From the NCBI GenBank assembly GCA_963827505.1, contig CAWHBD010000001.1, positions 1,286,663 to 1,350,662 of the forward strand: a stretch of DNA of 64,000 nucleotides, written 5' to 3'. Below, in pieces: positions 56,971-64,000 of this stretch (position 1 is its first letter; the number at the start of each line of letters is the position of its first letter). This DNA is from an uncultured Candidatus Rokubacteria bacterium. Its GTDB lineage: Bacteria > Methylomirabilota > Methylomirabilia > Rokubacteriales > CSP1-6. Made by a program: the position numbers and the translations under genes. Below the pieces are notes generated by a model. The model saw only the letters and a program-made list of their open reading frames with translations. It had not been told where the DNA came from and made no database searches.

Positions 56971-58915
56971 GTGCGCGTCCTCGGACCGTTGACGATCGTG
57001 CGGGCCGGTCGCGCGCTGCCCCTACCCGCGTCGCGCAAGGTGCGCGCGCTCTTCGCCTACCTGGCCCTGGCGCCGCTTCCCGTAACGAGAACCCACCTGT
57101 GCGAGCTGCTCTGGGATGTGCCCAACGATCCCCGTGGCGAGCTCCGCTGGTGCCTCAGCAAGGTCCGGAGCGTCGTCGACGAGCCCGGCCGCCGGCGTGT
57201 CCACACGCGCGAGGACACCGTCGAGCTCGACCTGGCCGACTGCTTCGTCGACGCCGCCGAGGTCGCCCGCGCGGCCCAGGCGGGCATCCCGACGCTGCCG
57301 CCGGACCGGCTGCGGACGCTGTCCACCCTCTTCAACGGAGACTTCCTGGAGGGGCTGGACGTCGATGGCACCCTGGCCTTCAATGGCTGGCTGACCGCTC
57401 AGCGGCGTCGGTTCCGGGCCTGTCACACCGCCCTGCTGGAGCACCTCGTCAGGACCGCTCCGGGTGATGAGGCCTTCACGCATCTGGAGACGTGGCTCCA
57501 GCTGGCGCCCTTCGACCCTCACGTCCACGAGATCCTCCTCGCCGCGCTCGCACGGCGCGGCCGTATCCGGGAGGGCGAGGACCACCTGACGGCAACGACC
57601 CGGCTATTCGAGGCCGAGGGTCTCGATCCCGGTGCGATCCGGGACGCCTGGCGGTCGGCCCGAGCGTCCGCGGCCCCCTCGGTGACGGTTCCCGCGAGCG
57701 TTGGCGTCGAGCCCATCGTCCTCATCGCCGCTCGCCGCGCCTCCCTGGCGGTGATGCCGTTCGTCGACCGGTCGGGGGACGGTGCGGGGGGTGGACCGGG
57801 CGACGCCCTCGCGCACGACGTGATCACCCGGCTGGCGCAGCTGCGCAGTCTGTTCGTCATCGCCCAGGGCACCGTGTTCGTCCTGCACGAGCGACACGTC
57901 GGATCCGAAGAAGCGGGGCGGATGCTGAACGTCGACTACGTGGTCAGCGGGTCCGTCCGGCGCCAGGGCCGGCGCCTCACGGTGACGGTCGAGCTGGTCG
58001 AGACGCGCACGGCCCGGATCGTCTGGGCGGAGATCTTCAACCGCACAGCCGACGACACTTTCGTGGTCCTCGACGAGATCGGGAACCGGATCGTCGCGTC
58101 GATCGCCGGCGAGATCGAGATGATCGAGCGCAACCGGGCCATCCTGAAGCCGCCGAGCTCGCTGGACGCGTGGGAGGCGCATCACTGCGGCCTGTGGCAC
58201 ATGTACCGCTTCAGCAAGGCCGACAACGAGCGGGCCCGGCACTTCTTCGAGACCGCGGTCCACCTCGATCCGACCTTCGCGCGCGCCTACGCCGGCCTGT
58301 CCTTCACGCACTTCCAGAGCGCCTTCCAGGGCTGGGCCAAGCGCCAGCCGGAGGTCGATCGCGCCTTCGCGACAGCCGGCCAGAGCCTCATGGTCGACGA
58401 TCGCGATCCCGCCGCGCACTGGGCCATGGGTCGAGCCCTCTGGCTACGCGGGCAGCACGACCAGTCGATCGTCGAGCTGGAGCGGTCCATCGACCTCAGC
58501 CCGAACTTCGCGCTGGGCCACTACACGCTCGCCTTCGTTCAATCCCAGGCCGGCGATCCGACCGCCGCCATCTCGTCCGCGGACTACTCGCGCCACCTGA
58601 GCCCCTTCGACCCGCTGCTCTTCGGCATGCTCGGCGCCCGGGCCATGGCCCTGGTGCGCCTGGGCCAGTTCGACGAGGCCGCAGACTGGGGCGTCAAGGC
58701 CGCCGCCCGCCCCAACGCGCACCCGCACATCCTGGCGATCGCCGCCTACAGTCTGGCACTGGCCGGTCGGCTGCCGCGACGCCCGTGCGCATGCCGCTGC
58801 GTTGCACGGCCGGCTTCCTCGTTACACCGTCGCCGACTTCCTTGCCGCCTTCCAGTTCGATCCGCAGGGCACCGCCCTGTTCCGCAAGGGGGCCCGGCGA
58901 CTGGGGACAGGATAG
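56971..58915 (+). pseudogene. SARP/AfsR-type regulator: winged-helix DNA-binding + BTAD + TolB-N-like + TPR region, C-terminal frameshift as sequenced
   Basis: The sequence VRVLGPLTIVRAGRALPLPASRKVRALFAYLAL...LCELLWDVPNDPRGELRW covers the OmpR/PhoB-type wHTH and BTAD. SLAVMPFVDRSGD is the TolB-N-like part, followed by TPR-like repeats. After ...SLALAGRL the frame shifts at about 58771-58782. It continues as ARAHAAALHGRLPRYTVADFLAAFQFDPQGTALFRKGARRLGTG-stop (TAG 58913-58915). The start is uncertain (GTG 56971, or TTG 56881 / GTG 56887). Confidence 0.75.
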
Positions 58916-59017
58916 GGCCGGCTACTCTCGTCCTTCTATGAGTCCCGCGTGTCGATCCCCGAGGTCTCCGTTCGACTCAAGGGCAGAGCACATGCAGACG
59001 AAGGAGCTGGAGACAAC

Positions 59018-59821
59018 GTGACAACTCTCGAACCGAAGCCCATGCAGAGCGGCCATGCCGCGGTCAACGGAATCAGCATGTACTACGAAGTGCATGGTCG
59101 CCGGGACGGCGTTCCGCTCGTCCTGCTTCACGGCGGTGGTTCGACCATCGAGGTCACGTTCAGCAGAGTGCTCCCGGTCTTTGCCGGCCGCCGCCGGGTC
59201 ATCGCGCTGGAGGAGCAAGGGCACGGTCGCACGACCGATCGCGATGCCCCGGTCGCGTTCGAGTCCTCTGCGGACGACGTCGCGGCCCTGCTCCGGCACC
59301 TGAGAGTCGACAGGGCGGACGTCTTTGGGTTCAGCAACGGCGCCAGCGTCGCCCTGCAGGTCGCCATACGACACCCGCAGCTCGTGCGAAAGATGGTCTT
59401 CGCCTCATCGATCACCAAGAGGGCCGGCGCTCAACCGCAGCTCTGGGAGTTCATGAAGCAGGCGGACTTCTCGAACATGCCGCAGCCGCTCAAAGACGCG
59501 TTCCTGCGAGTGAACCCGGACACGCGGCAGCTCAAGACCATGCACGACAAGGACCTCGCAAGAATGCAAGGCTTCAAGGACGTACCGGACGATGCGGTAC
59601 GGTCCGTCCGCGCTCCGACGTTGATCGTGCTCGGTGACCGAGATATCGTGACACCTGAGCATGCCCTCGAGCTGACTCGCCTGATGTCAAAGGCACGCCT
59701 GCTGATTCTGCCCGGAGGGCACGGGGACTATCTTGGCGAAGCCGTCATGACACAGAAGCCGACCCGGTATCCCGAGCTCACCGCGCGGTTGATCGAGGAG
59801 TTCCTCGACTCCGAGTCATGA
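59018..59821 (+). CDS. Alpha/beta hydrolase
   Basis: Motifs are LLHGGGS and the nucleophile elbow GFSNGA, with a C-terminal GGHGDY. GTG 59018 follows GAAGGAG. GTG 58949 and ATG 59042 are alternatives. Confidence 0.8.
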   Translation: MTTLEPKPMQSGHAAVNGISMYYEVHGRRDGVPLVLLHGGGSTIEVTFSRVLPVFAGRRRVIALEEQGHGRTTDRDAPVAFESSADDVAALLRHLRVDRADVFGFSNGASVALQVAIRHPQLVRKMVFASSITKRAGAQPQLWEFMKQADFSNMPQPLKDAFLRVNPDTRQLKTMHDKDLARMQGFKDVPDDAVRSVRAPTLIVLGDRDIVTPEHALELTRLMSKARLLILPGGHGDYLGEAVMTQKPTRYPELTARLIEEFLDSES

Positions 59822-59846
59822 CTGCGCATCGAAAGGAGTAGTCGTC

Positions 59847-60293
59847 ATGTCCACCGGCACCGTCCGGCTTCACCGAGTACTTCGTGCGTCGCCGGAAAAG
59901 ATCTATCGCGCATTCCTCGATCCGGAGGCGATGGCCAAATGGCTTCCGCCGAACGGCTTCACGGGCAAGGTTCACGCGATCGATGCGAAAGTCGGCGGTA
60001 CCTACAAGATGTCCTTCACGAACTTCACCACAGGTCACAGCCACTCCTTCGGCGGAAAGTATCTCGAGCTGGTGCCCCATGAACGCATTCGCCACACGGA
60101 CACGTTCGACGACCCAGGCCTCCCCGGGGAGATGCAGACGACGGTATCGCTGAAGAAGGTGTCGGTAGGTACCGAGGTCAACATCGTGCAAGAAGGCATA
60201 CCGGAGGCCATTCCAGCCGAGGCCTGCTATCTCGGCTGGCAAGAGTCGCTCACCCTTCTTGCGCAGCTCATCGAAGCAGAGATTCCGGAGTAG
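59847..60293 (+). CDS. SRPBCC / Aha1-like (activator of Hsp90 ATPase homolog 1-like) domain protein
   Basis: The sequence LHRVLRASPEKIYRAFLDPEAMAKWLPP...GGTYKMSF...YLELVPHERI is present. The product is 148 aa. Confidence 0.85.
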   Translation: MSTGTVRLHRVLRASPEKIYRAFLDPEAMAKWLPPNGFTGKVHAIDAKVGGTYKMSFTNFTTGHSHSFGGKYLELVPHERIRHTDTFDDPGLPGEMQTTVSLKKVSVGTEVNIVQEGIPEAIPAEACYLGWQESLTLLAQLIEAEIPE

Positions 60294-60329
60294 CGGCGCG
60301 CCCACCGACCACTCCGTGAGGAGAGTGCA

Positions 60330-60662
60330 ATGTCCGAGTTCCCTGAGTGCCTGCTGATCGTGACCGTGGAGATCGACGCCTCGATCGAGGCCGAGTGGAA
60401 TCGGTGGTACGACACGGTTCACCTCCCGGATGCGCTGAAATGCCCCGGGGTGCGTCGCGGCCGACGGTATGTCTCCTCGGGTGAGATATCGGAGACCGCG
60501 GCCGGCAAGACGGAACGGACGGCGAAGCGGATCTACACGACGATCTACGAGCTGGACAGTCCGGACGCCGTCGGCACCCCCGAGTTCCGCGCCATGCGTG
60601 GCTGGTATCAGTTCGCGCCGCATGTCCGCTCGCGCACGCAGGTGATCGTTCCGGTCCGATGA
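60330..60662 (+). CDS. Small alpha+beta-barrel-like protein (DUF4286-like guess)
   Basis: The sequence CLLIVTVEIDASIEAEWNRWYDTVHLPDAL is present. The product is 110 aa. The family assignment is from memory only. Confidence 0.6.
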   Translation: MSEFPECLLIVTVEIDASIEAEWNRWYDTVHLPDALKCPGVRRGRRYVSSGEISETAAGKTERTAKRIYTTIYELDSPDAVGTPEFRAMRGWYQFAPHVRSRTQVIVPVR

Positions 60663-60809
60663 CGGCGCTCCTCGCCGCGCTTCTGGTCCTTCTCTCGGTG
60701 CTCCCCACGCAGGGAGCGGAGCACGCCTGGCTGGTCGGCCGGTGGGAGCTGACGCACGCGCCGGATGGAGATCCTACTCGGCCAGGACGCGTAACACCTC
60801 CATCTGCGG

Positions 60810-63248
60810 ATGGCACGGACGATGCTGGCCGTCCTCGTGACGCTCGGCATGCTCTGGCAACTCGGTGCCGGCACGACGGGCCACGCGAGCGGCGTCGCGC
60901 CGGGTGGCTCGGCGGCGGCGCCGGCGGCACCGACCAGGGTCCTCCTGTTGCACATGTCGCCGCGGGTTGCTCCCGCGGTCCTCGCCATCGAGGAGGGGTT
61001 CAGGACGACGTTCGGGAAGGCCGTCGGCCAACCGGTCGCCTTCCACAGCGAGTATTTCGAGCAGACGGCGTTCGCCGACGACGAAAGCCTTCAGGAGGAG
61101 ATCGCCGCCTATCTACGTGCGAAGTACTCCCGGACGAAGCTCGATGTCGTCGCGGTGACGAGCAGCCGGGGGCTGCGCTTCGCCGTGCGTCACCGCGCCA
61201 GCCTGTTCTCCGGCGTGCCGATCGCCTTCGCCGCGGTTGACAAGGCGGCAGCCGCCGACGTCAGGCTCCCTGACGACGTCTCGGGCGTCTGGCTGTCGCT
61301 GGACTGGACGGGAACCCTCGAGGCCGCACTGCGGCTGCAGCCAGACACCGAGCGTGCCGTCGTCGTCACGGGTGCATCCGCCTTCGATCAGACCTGGGCG
61401 GCGGCGGCGCGGGTCCAGCTCGCATCGCCCCGCCGTCCGATCGAGATCACGTACCTGGTCGGACTGCCCATCGAGACCCTCGTGCAGCGGCTCGCCGCCC
61501 TGCCCCGCCGCACGGTGGTCCTGCTGGGTGCCTTCAGCCGCGATGGCGCCGGCCAGGAGATCCGCTCGGTGGAGCAACGAGCGCCGATCCTCACGGCGTC
61601 GACCGTCCCGGTCTACTCCGTCGGCGGCGCCACCTTCGGCCACGGCGTGGTGGGCGGCCACGTCGTGAGCTTCGAGGCGCAGGGGCAACGGCAGGCGGAG
61701 ATTGCCGCTCAGTTGCTGCGGGGCCAGCGCCCGTCGCCGACCGAGGCCGGTACGAACGTGTATCGCTTCGACGCGCGCCAGATCCTGCGCTGAGGTCTCG
61801 ACGCCACGCGATTGCCTCCCGGCAGCGACATCGCGTTTGCCGAGCCATCGGTGTGGCAGACATACCGTGGCTACATCGTCGCCGCCCTCGGCGTGCTCGC
61901 GCTGCAGACGTGGCTGATCGTCGGGCTCCTCGCCAACCGCGCCCAGCGCCGGCGCGCCCGGCGGGCCCTCGACGAACAGCTCCGTTTCGAGACGCTGGTC
62001 TCGGACGTCCTCGCCACGCTCATCATGCAGCCGGCCGATGGCGTGGACGCCCAGATCAGGCGGGCCCTGGCGCGGATCGCGGCCGACCTCGACGTCGACC
62101 GCATCGTGCTCGAGGAGCACCGAGACAAGCACGCCGCCAACGTCACGCATGCGTGGACTGGCACCAGCATTCGGCCGGTACCGGCGTCGATCGACTGGAG
62201 CGAGTTCCCCTGGATGGCGGGGCGTGTGGACGACGGTCACGTCGTCGTCGCGTCGCTCCGCCAGTCGCTGCCGGCCGAAGCGGAGACGGACCGGCAAAGC
62301 ATGCTCGCGCGCGGTATCCACTCGATGCTGGCCGTGCCTCTCGTCCTTGAAGGCACCGTCGTCGGTGTCTTGAGCTGCGCCACCGGGCGACCAGGACTCG
62401 AATGGCGGGGAGAAGTCACCGAGCCGTTGCGGGTGCTGGCGGAGGTCTTCGCCAACACGCTCGCGCGACGCCGGGCCGAGGCCGCTGCCCTCGAGACCGA
62501 GGAGCGCTTCCACCGCCAGCGAGAAGAGCTGACCCATGCGCTGCGGGTCAACACTCTGGGTGAGCTTAGCACTTCGCTCGCCCACGAGCTCACGCAACCG
62601 CTGACCGCCATCCTGATGAATACCCGCGTGCTGGAACGCCGGCCCGCCGACGCGACCACGGCGGCCGAGACGCTGGCCGACATCGCCGCCGACGCCCGGC
62701 GCGCGGGCGCCATCATCGACCGCCTCCGCGCGCTCGCTCGCAAGGAACATGCGTTCCAGGCCGGCCTGAATCTCGATGCGCTGATCGACGAGGTGGCCGG
62801 TCTCCTGCACCAGGACTTCGTGCGTAAGGGCATCGTGGTCCGTCGCATCGCCCCGCCCGACCTGCCCCGCCTCTCCGGCGACCCCATCCAGCTCCAGCAG
62901 ATCTTCCTGAACCTGCTGGTGAACGCCAGCGACGCCGTCGTTAGCGCCGCCCGGGGGAGTCGCGAGATCACCATCGTCACGGGCCACCCGGCGCCCGGCC
63001 TGGTGGAAGCCTCGATCCGTGACACGGGGCCCGGCGGCGACCAGGTGGATCTCGAGCAGATCTTCCAGCGCTTCGTCACCACCAAGGCGGGCGGCCTCGG
63101 GATGGGCCTGGCGATCAGCCGGTCCATCGCCGAGGCGCACGGCGGCCGCATCTACGCCAAGGCGAACACCGACCACGGGCTCACCCTGCACGTCGAACTC
63201 CCGGCCGAGCCGGTGCCGGCAGCGACGGCCGAGATCGGACTGGGCTAA
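60810..63248 (+). pseudogene. Sensor histidine kinase (periplasmic ABC-substrate-binding-like domain, TM, GAF-like, HisKA, HATPase_c) interrupted by one in-frame TGA
   Basis: The two track ORFs (60810..61793 and 61812..63248) are in the same frame. They are separated only by TGA 61791-61793, inside ...DARQILR-stop-GLDATRLPPGSDIAF..., where related kinases have Trp. The H-box is SLAHELTQPL and the G-boxes are DTGPGG and GGLGMGL. Confidence 0.8.
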
Positions 63249-63256
63249 GGGCCCGG

Positions 63257-64000
63257 CTACCCGCTATTCGGGGCGGCGTCCTGGAGGAGCCGCACCTCGT
63301 GCTGGGAGAAGGGGATCTTCATCCCGGCGGCGCGGAGCGCCGCGTACACGGCGATGGCCAGCTCGGTCGCGATGGTGGGCCACCGCTCGAAGCGGTCCGT
63401 CCAGGCCTGGAGCTCGAAAGTGATGGCGCTGTCGGCGAACGCCACGAAGACGGCCTGGGGCGGCGGCACCTTCAGGATCTGGGGATGCTCGCGGGCCACC
63501 CCCTCCAGCAGCTTCACGACGTTCTCGGGCTCGGTCCCGTAGTCCACCCCCACGCGCAGCTCGATGCGGCGGCGCCGGTCGGAGCGGGTCCAGTTGACCA
63601 CGCGCTCGGTGACGATCTGCGCATTCGGGATGATGATCTCGGCTCCCTGCCAGGTCCGTACGGTGCTGGCGCGGATCCCGATCCGGGCCACCTCGCCCTG
63701 GAGCCCGCCGATCTCGACGACGTCGCCCACCTGGATCGGCCGCTCGAAGAGCACGATGAGGCCGGAGACGAAATTGTTCACGACGCCCTGCAGGCCGAAG
63801 CCGATGCCGACGCCAAAGGCGCCGGCCAGGATCGTCACCTTGGAGAGATCCAGCCCGAGCGAGCCCAGGGCCAGCAGGAGCCCGAGGGTGAGGACGACGT
63901 AGTTCAGCAGGCTCGACAGCGCGTACGACGCCCCGCGCGGCAACCGCGTGTGCGGATACACATCCTCCTGCAGCACGAAGCGGATGAAGGCGGAGAGCAG
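63257..64000 (-). CDS. Mechanosensitive ion channel (MscS family), N-terminus outside the window
   Basis: The pore/beta-domain sequence is AGAFGVGIGFGLQGVVNNFVSGLIVLFERPIQVGDVVEIGG...GEVARIGIRASTVRTW. The ORF is open to the window edge. Confidence 0.85.
   Translation of the reverse strand: MLSAFIRFVLQEDVYPHTRLPRGASYALSSLLNYVVLTLGLLLALGSLGLDLSKVTILAGAFGVGIGFGLQGVVNNFVSGLIVLFERPIQVGDVVEIGGLQGEVARIGIRASTVRTWQGAEIIIPNAQIVTERVVNWTRSDRRRRIELRVGVDYGTEPENVVKLLEGVAREHPQILKVPPPQAVFVAFADSAITFELQAWTDRFERWPTIATELAIAVYAALRAAGMKIPFSQHEVRLLQDAAPNSG

Noticed and set aside
61791-61793. A selenocysteine or reassigned UGA codon in the kinase.
   Set aside because: The position aligns with Trp, not Cys/Sec. I saw no obvious SECIS-like hairpin immediately downstream. 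TGA is the predominant true stop codon of genes in this window.

Overview
This is a high-GC bacterial chromosomal segment (roughly 68-70% GC by eye, not computed). Coding is dense, at about 60 genes, with many 4-nt ATGA/GTGA stop-start overlaps. I recognised no rRNA, tRNA, CRISPR array, transposase or integrase. Layout: (1) 1-21.2 kb holds two paralogous ATP-dependent hydantoinase/oxoprolinase-type modules (hyuA/hyuB-like). One is followed by an intact five-gene family-5 ABC importer. The other is divergent from an M20 peptidase plus a frame-disrupted ABC importer without ATPases, and is followed by a 2OG-Fe(II) oxygenase. A Na+/H+ antiporter and a methyltransferase lie between the two modules. 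(2) 21.8-23.1 kb holds a class III nucleotide cyclase with unusual N-terminal modules. (3) 23.1-28.8 kb holds flavin monooxygenases, a Gfo/Idh/MocA oxidoreductase, DinB, NudC and AroQ. (4) 28.8-37.1 kb holds an orphan Trp-rich protein, an epoxide-hydrolase-like protein, PAC2, amidohydrolases, pcaH-pcaG-pcaB and a SnoaL-like protein. (5) 37.3-43.8 kb holds a quinohemoprotein PQQ alcohol dehydrogenase, an aldo/keto reductase, an oxalyl-CoA decarboxylase/HACL-like ThDP enzyme, a Zn-ADH and NIPSNAP. (6) 43.9-50.5 kb holds an FMN reductase plus LLM monooxygenase, a 5-formyl-THF cyclo-ligase, a DipZ-C-like redoxin, an LLM/CMD/AhpD-like trio and an EVE protein. (7) 50.5-63.2 kb is signalling-rich. 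It starts at a LamG gene remnant and contains two orphan response regulators each followed by a Cys-rich small ORF, two cupins, a P-loop NTPase fused to a cyclase-like domain, a SARP/BTAD-TPR regulator and a sensor histidine kinase. (8) A partial MscS channel gene lies at the right edge. The best candidate for something undescribed is the monocistronic P-loop NTPase / C-terminal class-III-cyclase-like fusion at 53190-55235. Major caveat: I found about 15 single-nucleotide reading-frame breaks (14 firmly localised, plus a suspected one at the pcaB 3' end) and one in-frame TGA at a conserved Trp position. Several breaks sit in G/C homopolymers and two spots are strongly clustered. Pseudogene calls cannot be separated from assembly indels without reads. 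All functional calls come from reading the translated ORFs and remembered family motifs; no database search was run.
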